Source: Balanoglossus misakiensis | Taxonomy: Eukaryota > Animalia > Hemichordata | Direction: 5' to 3' | Length of the DNA stretch: 64,000 nt | Assembly (NCBI GenBank): GCA_040954595.2 | Contig: CM082577.2 | Span: forward strand, 5,320,301-5,384,300 | Shown: positions 1-12,341 of the stretch, one piece after another | Position numbering within the stretch: position 1 is the first letter of the stretch | Layout: each line of letters starts with the position of its first letter | Position numbers and translations under genes: made by a program | The notes under the pieces: model-generated | What the model was told of the DNA's origin: nothing | What the model saw: only the letters and a program-made list of their open reading frames with translations | The model's database searches: none

Positions 1-235
1 AGTGCAAGTGGAATCGCCCAAGGGTGAAAAGTTATCTTGTCGCTGTCTGGAAATGTGCGAACCACTTCCACAACCTGGCCTACCTTCGCCTCAGTATCTG
101 AGTGTTATCGTTGATGGCGCTGTGCAAAGAAAGTTGCCGTTCGACTACATCGAAATGTTGAAAGCTACTCACCACAATGGTTTCGCCGGAGAGGTTCCTA
201 TCATGAAAGAAATCGATTTAATTAAAGAAAAGTGA
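1..235 (+). CDS. GGCT: Gamma-glutamylcyclotransferase-like, last coding exon (gene begins before the window)
   Basis: PSPQYLSVIVDGAVQRKLPFDYIEMLKATHHNGFAGEV resembles the GGCT C-terminus (PSPQY...GA...LP..Y...LK....N.Y.G.V). Stop at 233-235 and AATAAA near 376. Confidence 0.75.
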   Translation, partial: VQVESPKGEKLSCRCLEMCEPLPQPGLPSPQYLSVIVDGAVQRKLPFDYIEMLKATHHNGFAGEVPIMKEIDLIKEK

Positions 236-669
236 AGACTCTTTGATCTAGTAGAAGCTGGGTGTGGTCAATGACGACAAGTCATAAGATATCTGCGGAC
301 AAAGTAATTGACTGCACATGAGATTTATGTTTGATGTGTTTAGTTTACTTTTGAATACATGTAATGTGCTTGACAAATAAAACTCGGAAAGTTTAATTTC
401 ACTCGATATCAATTGCCTCTGAATCATTTATAGAACAACACGTATTTATCTATGAAAACTTCCCCAATTCCCCACCTCCAATCGAATTGGATAGAAGGGA
501 AACAGCAAGTTTGTCAAAAATTCTCATGTGTAAGCAAAATGATATTCTTATACTTTTTGTTTAAAGTTTTAGCTAACCTTTGAGGGGAGACAGTGATAAT
601 ATATAGCATCATTTCAAGTTATGATATCCATCCTGTGTTAATAAAAGTACCCGGTACGTAATTTACTGA

Positions 670-785
670 CAGGGTTTGCCAATAGCCTGGCCTGAAGCGT
701 GATTTCACGTGGAAATGCGAGATCCAATGAGACTCTCCGTTCGTCTCACTGCGCATGTGTACATTTTTCCGCAGCGGCTTTGAAA
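670..785 (+). promoter_or_regulatory. CLUAP1 proximal promoter
   Basis: Two CCAAT boxes (about 679 and 724), an E-box CACGTG (about 706) and an NRF1-like TGCGCATGTG (about 750), directly upstream of the ATG at 786. Confidence 0.4.
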
Positions 786-3700
786 ATGTCGTACAGAGAT
801 CTAAGAAGTAGGTGAAATGAATTGGATTTTTGTCTTTTAACAGGAAAGTTCACACCTTTTTTACTGTTAAATGTTATCAGTGGTTCCTTTCGACGTTGTA
901 CTTACGGGGGACGTGTGTACACCAGACACGGATCATCAAAATTTAGCGTCCTGGTTGTCGTGGGTAACGTCGTGACGACAACATGTCCTCCATTCCGATC
1001 TGCATAAACATTGTTTTGGTGTGAAATGTGTAGTGTATGTAATATACGCATGATACATCGGCGCAGTGGCAGAACGGTAGATTTTGGAGGAGGGTTTTCT
1101 GCCACCAGAAATGTACCCTGATGTTGGATAATATAATTATGGCCGTATAATTATAACATCGTGATCACTGATCAGCCAGCTGACATCCGATCACTGCCAT
1201 GTCATGGATGGATGTATTTACGTCAGTAGTTTATATGATAAATACACTGGTACATTGTATTTGAAAAACATTGTAGTTCAAAAGCATGTACCAACAGTGC
1301 CAACCCTACTGTACTGTACTGTAATGTACTGTACAGTACATGTGTAGTAACACTCAATGATAGACCATCGTCCGCTCGCACGGGTCGTTTGCTCGACCAC
1401 AGTCTCTATTTTTGGTGAACAAGACCTTTGTAGACGAAGATGATGATAGACTGATACATTTTCTCTTTTCATTTGTAGACTTCACTGAAATGATGAGGGC
1501 GTTGGGTTACCCACGCCTCATCTCCATGGAAAACTTCAGAACTCCCAACTTTGCCTTGGTGGCAGAAGTTTTAATATGGCTAGTAAGACGGTAAGCAGTC
1601 CAGTTTATCTGCGACTGAGTCAGTTCAGTTTTCACCGAGCTGTAAAATCCCTGACGTGTTCCAACATAAGATGGCACTGTCAAATATGAATATTATCACT
1701 AGCCTACTGTAGTATGTACAGTGTATTTTCTTTGGTACTAGGCTGGCTTCTATCTGTGACAGTTTATGATGTCAATGTTTATGTTCACCAGGTATGACCC
1801 CAACACCGATTTACCAATGGATACAGATACAGAACAAGACAGAGTGATATTTATCAAGGCAGTTGCCCAATTCATGGTGAGATGCATTAAGATTTGAAAT
1901 TTGACTTTCTTAAAAAAAACTGTAGGACAGTCATAGTCATATAACAATTCAACATAACTTAACATATCTTTGTGCACATACCAGTATATATACATGTAAA
2001 TAATGTCTGACATGAATTACCAATGTAGAGTGAAATCAGAAGATTGGTATAAAAAATTTCCCCATTTGAATGGCATGGATCATAGATCTTGCTCAACTGT
2101 CTACATGAATATATAATGTGAGACAGTAATTGATACGTATATCTTGCTACAGGCCGTGAAAGCACACATCAAGCTGAACACAAAGAAACTATACATGGCC
2201 GATGGCTATGCCGTCAAGGAATTACTGAAAGTGACGTCTGTGCTGTACAATGCGGTCAAAACGAATAAATCTGGTGACAACGAGGAGGACGACTCGGCTT
2301 CAGCAATATCTTTTGATATTTCATCTAGGGTAGGTCGCTAAACAAGACAGTAAAAAGTGCTGTACTTATAGACTAGCAATGGTGACATAACAGATCCTGT
2401 AGAAACTAATGTGTATATGGATATCAGGGTTGTGGGAATCATCCAGTATGTTCTAACAGATGCCTGATATATATTCAGTGATATCCTCAGTGTAAAGGAC
2501 TTTCCTTTTTCATTATGCAGCCAAACTTAGATTTTCTGTCTTTTTGCTGTTCCTCAGATATCTGATCTGAAAGCGACCAGACAGTTGGCGTCCGAGATAA
2601 CTGGTAAAGGAGCGTCTCTCTATGATCTGCTGGGTAAAGAAGTGGAGCTGAGGGTGAGTCAAATTTCTGTTTTACCCAGATCTCACTGACAGGAAAGAAC
2701 TGCATTTGAAATATGGGATTGTAATCTGAATGGGTTATTGAGTGAAAGGAACAAAATAATAATTCTTCTCATTGTGCAATATCAATATGATTTTTTGTGT
2801 AACAAAGTCAAATCTGATGATTTTTATCTCCGACTTATTTGCAGGAAGCAAGAAGCACTGCCATAAACAGACCGTTAGAAATCAACGAAATTGAGAAAGG
2901 TCTCCGAGGCAGCGTCAAGGCAGTGGAGGTGTGTACTGGTACAGTTATTTCAATGATAGATGTGTATTAAAATAGGTAGTAAAGAACTCCTAGTTTCTTG
3001 TTAGTTTGGATGCTCAGTGTCACTTTGAACCTGTCTGACCTTGTGTCTCGTCAATTCTAATAAACTGACAATAACCGATTTGTGACTTAACTTCTTACAG
3101 CAACAAATCAAGAAAACGCAGCAGATGCTGGACAACGTGGCATCGGACGAGGCCAACCTCGAAGCCAAGATCGAAAAGAGAAAGAGTGAATTGGAAAGAA
3201 ATCAGAAAAGATTGAGAACACTACAAAGTGTCAGGTACAATCAAGAAATTCCGTGTTGTTTTCTCGTTGTGGGTCAAAAAACAAAACAGGATGTCTTGAA
3301 TGTGGGTTTCACATTGTACGTGTTCTGTACTGTGCTCTGATGCCCTGATGTTTCATATGGAACATTTCTACGACTTATATTATTTTTATGTGCGAGTTAT
3401 GATTTCATCTAATCATTCTTATTTGCCTCTCTGTTTTAGACCTGCCTTTATGGATGAATACGAAAAACTTGAAAATGAGTTAGAAAAGAATTATGAGGTA
3501 AACGACTACAATGCACCATAAATATGTGATATCTTTACTCATTACAAAGAAATTGATCTCATTATAGAAGAAACCATTCTAGTGCTGTTGTTTAGCACTA
3601 AACATACTGACTACAAATACATGTACTACATCATGAAATACCTTTACAAAATTAAGAGCTGTGGAATTGCTTGCAATTACCATTCCCAAACTACCAGACT

Positions 3701-4820
3701 TTTAGTTTACAAATTACATTACTTGTCTCCTTCAGCTCTTCATAGAAAGGTTCCGTAATTTGACATCATTGGAACAACAACTTGAAGAGTACAGCAGGGC
3801 AGAACAAGATAAATTTGAGGTGGGTGCTTGTTCTTTGTCATAGTATTGGAGAATTTGAATTATGCAAGTCTACTGAGGCAGTATCATGGAAATTCCAATG
3901 GCGTTGTGGGTGCCCGCCCTCTAGCGACAAGTGTTAAATCTTTCGTTTTTTTCAGTACAGTTTGCCAGCGCGCAATTTTGTCTGTTGTCTTACCGAAAAG
4001 ACTTTTAATAAATAGTATTTAAGTTTTTTTGCTAGTTTGCATGGATGACCCATTTCCGTTCTCGTTTTTTTTCTTCACCGGAATCTGCAGGAAACAGAGT
4101 CATCGCTGAAACGTATGCAGAACAAACTCAAAGAGGAGGAGAAGCGACTACAAATGGGCGAAACGGACGAGTTCGGCGGCGATGACGATTTCGCCGGCCT
4201 GGATGTGGAAGATGACGATGATGATGAATTGAGTGACAGTGGCAGTGATGAAGATATCGGTCAAATCAAAAAGAGGCGCGATAGGCCACTTGGTAAGTGA
4301 TGGTTTGACGTACATTTCTATTCTTGGTTTTGGGTTTCATTTAGGTCAAATCAACTCGTTTCATGTCATTTTTCTCCTTGCAGCTGGTTCTGGAGAGAGA
4401 AAAGCTCGGATGTTTGGTTCCATGGGAGTGGACGAGGATGACGACGATGATGATGATGATGTAAGTAGTGGTCTGTCATGACGACAATTTGATGCTAGAT
4501 CCTAATACTGTAATCATGGAGTGTAAATCTTCACCCGACCATTATTGAATTTCAAAAACATAAAGCCGTCCATGTGTATGTGTAAACGGAGGGGGGGGGG
4601 GGGGGGGGAACAAAATGCAGTGAAGAATAGATGCCATTTTTGCTTGCTCTTTCAGGATGACAGTGATTCCGATCTGTCAGGTGACACCATCGATGTCGAC
4701 GACGATGATGAAGACTTGCTGAACGGCCAAGACAGCGACGAGTTGGAAGTGGACGCCAGGGCTGCCAGGCGACAGGAACCGCAGAGAGCCGAACTCAACG
4801 ACAGCGATAACGATTTCTAA
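786..4820 (+). CDS. CLUAP1: Clusterin-associated protein 1 / IFT38 (IFT-B ciliary transport), 12 exons
   Basis: Exons 786-807, 1479-1590, 1792-1876, 2153-2329, 2558-2653, 2845-2928, 3101-3234, 3440-3497, 3736-3819, 4091-4292, 4384-4460, 4656-4820, all GT-AG. The protein [32 protein letters not shown]...[24 protein letters not shown]...acidic tail...DSDNDF* matches CLUAP1. Confidence 0.96.
954..982. promoter_or_regulatory. RFX X-box-like motifs in CLUAP1 intron 1
   Basis: GTTGTCGTGGGTAAC immediately followed by GTCGTGACGACAAC, near the start of an IFT gene (IFT genes are classic RFX targets). Confidence 0.35.
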
Positions 4821-5367
4821 CGCTGGAAATTCCAACCACCTTTTAAGTAACCGTTGATCTTTCAAAGCAAGTGTGGGATGTGTACTACTTCCTTTCGCGA
4901 GATTTCATCTCGGCAGCCAAATAGAAAACCAATGAAGGGATGTTTTACACAACACCAAGGTCCAATAACATAAATTTAATCGTAAAATAGTGCGCCACTG
5001 AAAGATTCATATTCGTATGATGAACAGTCATCATAAATGTGACTGATTTCACTAAAATTTGCGCCACGCAAGGGCAGAATAGGACATTCTGGACATGTAT
5101 ATTTCGTGACTTTTTTTCTATGAAATCTATTAAAAGTTGATGTTACTTGTAATATAACAAACTTATGCAGGAGATGCCTGTGTATACTTTAAATATTTGT
5201 AAATACCCATCATGAACCATACTGTATGAATATTGCTTTGTATGTATTAAAGTTGAAATAATGTTTGTGTTTATGTCATTCTGTGTGTCAAATTTTTCGC
5301 TTTGTGGTAGCTGTCCTCCCGAGGTCAGTATTTTGCGAAACTTATTTTATATACTGTATTCTGCCAT

Positions 5368-6532
5368 TTATCTGAAACGCCTATCAAAAATGTCAGAAAA
5401 ATCGTCTTTCTTCGGGAATCTTCGGAAATAATCGAACACGGCTCGGTCACCGGGAAAAACTTTGGCCATGAATTCGAAGAGAGCTCTACAACTACAACAG
5501 TTACAGTACCCTCTAGAACCACACTCCGATTTGGCAAACTTTCTTATGTCTTTTTCCTCCATTGCCAAAAATGTCGACATTTCCGGTTCCCATAAGTACT
5601 TTTCTTTCTTGGTTGCTGATGGCCATGGAAAATTTGACACTAAAAGAAAAAAAGGAGGGAAATATTGATAATGGGTAATGTGGTGATGATTTTGCTGATA
5701 ATCTAGGATTAGACTGCATTTTCTGTTTGCAATATCGGAGAGATAAGTATTTGTCTATGGTAGACTTTTCTAAATTATAATGCAGTCTGCGTGATATTAC
5801 TCAAGAGATGAAAAGCAACTTTCTAGATTGATAAAAAAAGAAAAAAATACATCACGCGCAAGATACTAGTAATCAACTTTACTTGAATCCGATGTACTGA
5901 ACACACTTTCCGAAAAATCACCTACCGTGTACCGGCATCGCCAAAGGAATTCCTTTGTCCGTTGTTCTGGAAAGAAGACAGAAATTTTTATGCAGAGAAT
6001 CGAAACCAATGTACCAGAGGGACGGCAACGGGGTGATGTGACCAGCCGGGGTCTCAGAATTGTTCTCCTCTTTCGCACCTTCGTCCGTTTCAACAGCTTT
6101 CTTACCACCATGGCCACTTTCGGCAGCTTTCGGTGTCGACTGTTTTCGTGAGTTCGCTGGCTTGGGTTTGTCCACTTTGGAACGAGTTGGTGTCGAGTCC
6201 GCGCAACTACTACTGGTACTCTGTTGATTATTGTCCTTTCGGCAACGCGCCGAACACTTATTTCGTGGTGTCCTGGAAGATTTTTTGCCAGTTTTCTTAT
6301 CCGTCCCACGACCCGACACCTCGCTTTGTACGGGTGACGGTGACGGTACTTGCGTGACCTGCGGTGATGCAGGCGGCGTCAGTTGCGCTTCTTTCTTCTT
6401 CGCGCTCTTTTCATTTTCGCGTTGAGTCTCGTCTTGTACTGATTTTATATCATCAGCTTTTACACTGGTCCTTCTTTGTGATCGCCTTCGCCTTCCACTC
6501 ATGGTGTAAGCGTTGCTGGAGAAAAAATCCAC
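5368..6532 (-). CDS. Uncharacterised 2-exon protein (about 290 aa): basic/low-complexity N-terminus, Cys/aromatic-rich C-terminus
   Basis: Exon 1 6532-5926 (donor G|GTAGG) and exon 2 5639-5368 (acceptor poly-Y TTTAG|) join in phase 1 as ...MPVH-V-SNFPWP...CGSRGYCNCCSC...; CpG-rich sequence upstream at about 6600-6660. Confidence 0.65.
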
Positions 6533-6745
6533 TTCGCCGTTCTGTAAACTACAAGTTCAAATTTTCCCGCTAGACGAACATGTTCTAGAACTAGCTAACC
6601 CGGCCGCGCGTCGTCAACGCGCCATCGACGCGACGCGTCTTTCTGGGATGTACGCGCATTTTGTCTTTTTCTGAAACTTTAACACATAGCCAAGTTGAAG
6701 TCAAGGGAAAATAAATTTTAAAAATAGTATTGTGACCACATGCCT

Positions 6746-6830
6746 TTAAAGGTTCGGCCACTAATGCGAATTTAGCCAGTTACCATGGCAATTATATTTG
6801 AAAACTAGCCAGCGACAGATTTTCAGTGGT
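6746..6830. mobile_element. Degenerate fragment related to the MITE at 18789-18973
   Basis: Starts TTAAAGG and shares GC[G/A]AATTTAGCCA..GTTACCATGGCAA...GACAGAT with the 18789 element. Confidence 0.45.
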
Positions 6831-7076
6831 ATCAGGGTCTATAGATGTAGAACAGAATTTAGAGGCATTTATGAAAAGTACTGAAGCCAGTGTCCTGAAC
6901 TATTTGCACGTTTCTGACAATTTTCCGACACGTTTCTGACAAGTTTCTGTAACTATTTGCAAAATGGTGGGAAGCACCCTGGCAGGGAATACAATCATTC
7001 AGAAGACCCCCTCGGAATACACTGCCCCACATAATACGCAACTCACGAAAAAAATGTCATTTGTATGCAAACAATA

Positions 7077-10000
7077 TTTATTCCAGGAGAAAAAAAAGGC
7101 TGCGGTGGCCTCAATACGGCCACCCCTAAACAAAATACAAAATACAAATATGAAGACTATGGAGAGTCCGACAAAATGTGAATACCCCAGTGCATGATGG
7201 GATACATGTAGATATGTACAAATACAGTTAACTGTAAGTCTTCATTTTAATCTGGTGGTAGTTCATCCCACAAAACGCATCATGGGAAAAATAGCATCTA
7301 GTTACCATGGCAGTCATTCACAGAAAAATAACACATCGAGGTAGAAAAATAACAAATAAAGCCTAGCAAAAATGTTTGCCTTTTTTTTACAACAAATAGC
7401 TATCATAATAATAGTAATTTTTCTTCAATGTAGCTTTTTTCAATAAGTTATATCTGTCCATCTCTTATAGGAAGAACACAGTAATTATTATAGTCGCTCT
7501 CTCCTCCTCTCTTGCAGAAGGAGAAAGCAGAACAGAAAAAAAAAGATCAAAAAAGTTTAACTTCCAGGTCTCTGCATTTTTATCAATCTGATAAAAAAAC
7601 TTCACTGTATGCTGACAAGGTGCTGAAAAACCCGATGCTTGGTAAATTTCAATCTGTGGATTGCAGTTTTGACTAGGCTAAGATTTCCAATACTGTGCTT
7701 GACTCAGGTTTGCGTGGAGTTATTACAGACACATGTACCCTAAAAAAAACAGCTTAGTACAGCAACGAAAGGACTAGACGCTTTCAAGTGAATTATTTGG
7801 CCACAGAACCCTGAGTGATCATCAACCTGATATGAGCAACAATGTAGGCATAGTTTTTTTTTTGGAAATTATTCTTTTTACACTTGGTAAAGCACAGCCA
7901 TCAAAAGCTCATCCTGATAAAACGTGTGTGTATTTGGTGTTACAGCAGTACTTTGGCTAAATGCATATGACAGTTGCTTGCCAATGTGAAAATGAAAAGA
8001 ACAACAACAGCTATTCTGTCTCAAACCTGTTAAGACAGAAACAGGGAGTGTCGATGATTAATCAACAGAGCATAAACACTGGGGCTCAAACTTGGAGATC
8101 ATCAGTGATTGGTCAACTATAATGACCGATTTCTTCATTGGTCAACGGCTGTTTCCTCCGAATCTGCATGCGTGCTACACTAAATGCACAATTCTGGCTG
8201 CAGACAGGTGCCTGCTGTAAGCTGCCACAACTGTGCTGAAAACAACCCACACGCATTTAATTTACACAGCACAACTCATCACCGCATCATCTGAGCATTT
8301 TTTTGTCTTTTGCAAACTGTACCATTCCATCGTTTGTGCAATATGTCTCTTAAGAGGACCAACACACAGATCTGAAATACTGACCTCCCCCATAAAGCAC
8401 ACGAGAGCTCATATTCAAAGCTTGCATTTTTTCTGTAACCCAATGATTTATCCTACAACGGAGAGAAACGTTCATGTACTTTTATAACAAAAAATAACCT
8501 GCATCTCATCAGACAGGGGTGGTGTTGCCCTTGTCACGGTCACAATATGTTCTAAAGTGCAAAGACGGACAGCAAAATCGTGAGCAGAGAGAGCTGAACA
8601 TTCAGTAAAACAAACACCCACTAAAGCATCAGGAGAGTTACAACACCCCAGCTGTTCACAAAGTGAAGTGAAAATTACGGCAAAAAATAGCCATTCGGAA
8701 AATAAAGATCAGCACATTTCTTGGAGTCAAAATTAGTTTTTGAGATCAAGCCTGGACAGAATTCATCAATTGGTCAAATATAATTATGCAGAATCGCATT
8801 ACTTAAGTAAATATTTTCTTTTTACTATGAACGGTATTATTCACATACTTGGCAAAGAAGTGCCATATACATATACACTCTCAGCTTGGACAAAATTTTG
8901 TACAGTTCTCCTAGAAGATTCTGATTCGACCAGTAAATATTCAGTCATTGTCTCGGGATACCTCGGGTGCCAACTGGTCCATTCATTTCGAAAGGTGGCA
9001 AGAGTTACGCGCAATGTCAATAATCACCAACACTGATTCTCCACGGAAAAAAATCCTTGCTCATATATATCAGTGAAAAGCGGAGCAAAATAAAACCCCA
9101 CACACAAACAGACCAGTGACAAATTGGGTGGCGCGACAAAATATACAATATTGCCAAATATTGCAGAATAATCATGAAAAATAGGCAAATATTTCATAGT
9201 TGAAATTAAGAGCCTACATGTAGATTTGATTTGATTGGATAAGAAATCACGAGAATCATATATGCTCTACATGTTGATTTGATTAGATTTGATCTGATTC
9301 GACAAGGCATTAATTTCATTAAGTCCGTTTTTAGAAATATTACTGTCACTCGACATAATTAGGAAAAAAAGTAGGAAGCAAAAGAGCGGGTTTCTGTTTT
9401 CAAAAAGAAATCAGAAATTCCATTAAACTGTGAATACCGACATGTCCATGCACATCGGTTGCATTTCTGAGTTTGGCAGTGAAATGTGTCATCGCCATAA
9501 TCACCAACAGGCAAACATCACAAGATTACATTCTCAAAAATCTACAATCAAAATATTTCAGGTGTGTTTTTTTGGACTGGCTGCCATACAGACAGTTTTT
9601 AGAGTGAGAAAACGATCACTAGACGAAAATTCCCCATCAGCTATCTAAACCCATAAAAGATTTTTTTTATGTAAATATTAGAACCTTTCTACCATTGCAC
9701 ATACCTAGTTTATATTTATGGTAGTCTTACTACAAACCTCTGTGGAAAAATACCCCCCCCCCCCCCTCTCCCAAGAAATACACTCTTGCAATTTCGATTT
9801 TTAAATGCTTGGTGTTGCAGGTCTTAAAGAATGCACGCCAAATGTTCAGTGCAAGCCAAAAAGCCTTGAGACCTCACCACTATAGCGAACAATCTGTGGA
9901 CAGCCTCAGTTTGGTCACGTACAAATCAGCAATCACAACAATGTCACTTAACTGTCAGAACTATGCATAATAATAAATCCATGATGTAACACTTTCTAAC

Positions 10001-12341
10001 GCTACCAATGTTCTGTAATGTGCATTCATAAAAGCGCTCGCATAAAAAAAAATGCTTTCAAAGCCAAATGTTTCACTTTCCAAAAAAATTCTCTCCATCT
10101 TTAACTGAATCTGGCAAAAAATGCACAGCAGCAAATGAAACAAAGACTGGTTTCACAACTAACTCACTGGCGACAAAAAAGGTTTTTATGTAAATCCTTT
10201 GTTTTCAGCAGGTTCCTTCACTTTTGAACGTGATTTCACGAAGATAACAGAAACTTCAGTGAACTCAAAGAGAAGAACTCAGTATTAAACTGCAAACTTA
10301 ACTCTGAACATTCAATTACCATGCTGCACGCGTGTGTGTGTGTTTGTATAAATTTCAAGTTTGGACCTGATAATGAAAGTTAGAATCTAAGTTTTAAGTG
10401 TGAACAGTTTTAGTTAATGTTACATGGCAAGAAAATGGAGTGCAAATTAGATGGGAGTTCACCACAACATTGGCCAGAAGATGCAAATTCATATGGATGC
10501 ACACAGCAGAGCTGGGTTAAACACAGAAAGCCTCTCTCACTTTCATTTGAAGGTAAATCACTGAAGGTGTTACTGCACAGCCAAGCAATTAAGCACAGAG
10601 TGTTGCTTGCTGGGATTTCAGATTTGTAGACATTGACAAAAAAAAAACATACATTATAGCCAGTCTATTTGCCAGCAATAGAATGACAAGAATCACCATC
10701 AAAATTTATCAGAGATGTAACTACCACCTTCGGAACATGATTTTGTTTTTTTGTCAAAAATATCAAATACACACTGACAGGGAAAAAAAGGTGACAGAAG
10801 CATAAATACGGTACAAAGAGTGAAATGTGAATGTGAAAGTCTGTTTTGAAGTATGCAGAAAATACAATCTGGCCTAACTTCGTGGTGGAGTCCGCTCTGG
10901 AAAGTGTTTTTTTTGCACTGGAGGAAAGCAAGCTCTCTGCGTGTCATCCACTTGGCTGGGTTAGACATGCATGGTCCGTCTTGACAGAAGACCACCAGGG
11001 GTTTGGAGAATTTATAAAGCTTGCTTGTCTGCAAAAAGCTGGGCATCCCCTTCACTGAAGACAACACAGACATTGTCGCACTGACATTCAGCAGATTTTC
11101 ATGTGACATAGTGTTGGAGACACACAGCTGTACTGTACGCATCACCCCCAACTCAGTAAAGATCAAAATCTGGGTTGAGGGAGACAGCCACGGCCATTTA
11201 CTGAGACCCACCAAAACACACACATGCCGTTTCTTGAATGAAGAAACCAACTTATGTACTGTTGGTGTATATGCCTGTGGGTAAGAAAAGAACATTTCAA
11301 AGTGGGTTGAAGCAGACTGCTTCTAGCTTTTTTTGCCTGGAGACGCCACTCTGTGCACTGTTGACCACCAAACTGGCTTGAAGTCGACGACATTTCCAGG
11401 TACCATCGACCGAGTACTGGGTTTAACACACTTGGACATCGTTGGCTTCATTGGCACCATGGCAACACAACACTAGGTTGAAAAAAACTGGTCAACTTGG
11501 GTACAAGCTGGGTTGGAACGGGTGCCCACAAGCACCCCCATCAGTCGGTGGACTGGTTTACAACACACTAAGGTTACGACAGGTCTAGTATAGCAGCCTC
11601 CATTCAGTGAAGTGGGTTGCCGTTCCCAAAACAGGTGCAACACCAAGATTTTGAAAAAGCGTTCCGCAGCATAAGAATCCAGTAGTGAGGAGAGCAACGC
11701 AACGCCTTGAAGAAGCAGATCCGGTTAGCAAGAAGCTTGTTTGTCGTTTCACCTGGGGCTGGAGACAGGCCTGGAGGTATCGCCGGCCACCAAAAGCGAG
11801 TCATAGACACCAGTCACATGATAGATTTATAGTAAGCACTGTCAACGAGACTGGGTTTTTTCAAGCACCATTTAAATTACGTGCATCTTCAGTGGAATAG
11901 AACTTAGTACCAATAAGAGTCAGTAGAAATGCATCCCTGTTAGGGTTATTTATAAGGAGGAGCTGGATTCCAAGATTCCTGTGTCCCCCAAACTTTTTCC
12001 CCTTGGCAAATCCTGGCGTGTGTACGTGGTGAGCACACAGCTGCTCACACTTTAAGTAGATCCCAAGGTTCCTCTCTCTCTGTCATTGTTCATAAATTAG
12101 CACAGATTTGTGTGTGTGTTGTTCTGTTTTCTTTTGTAAAGAGATTGCATCCGTTGTTGTAGTGGTACGCTGTAGTTCATTATACATTGTAATCCGCGGC
12201 ACACTGCAAGTGTTCTTCATATACATTTTTGTACATGTTCTGTTCTGTTCTGTTCATCAAGTGGTTATACTGTGAACCTGTGTAGGTTGTTGTTTTTTTG
12301 TAAAGATGTCACACTTCTATGACCACTTGAGTCTGGCCTAG
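7077..12341 (-). other. Probable long (about 5.3 kb) USP22 3' UTR
   Basis: U-rich on the transcribed strand. The first minus-strand AATAAA I could find downstream of the stop is TTTATT at 7077-7082. Confidence 0.5.

Noticed and set aside
11021-11284. Plus-strand ORF with CRFLNEETNLCTV resembling the YkgJ/CxxCxxCC family, ending at GTAAG
   Set aside because: It lacks the rest of the motif, lies antisense in the USP22 3' region and has no partner exons.
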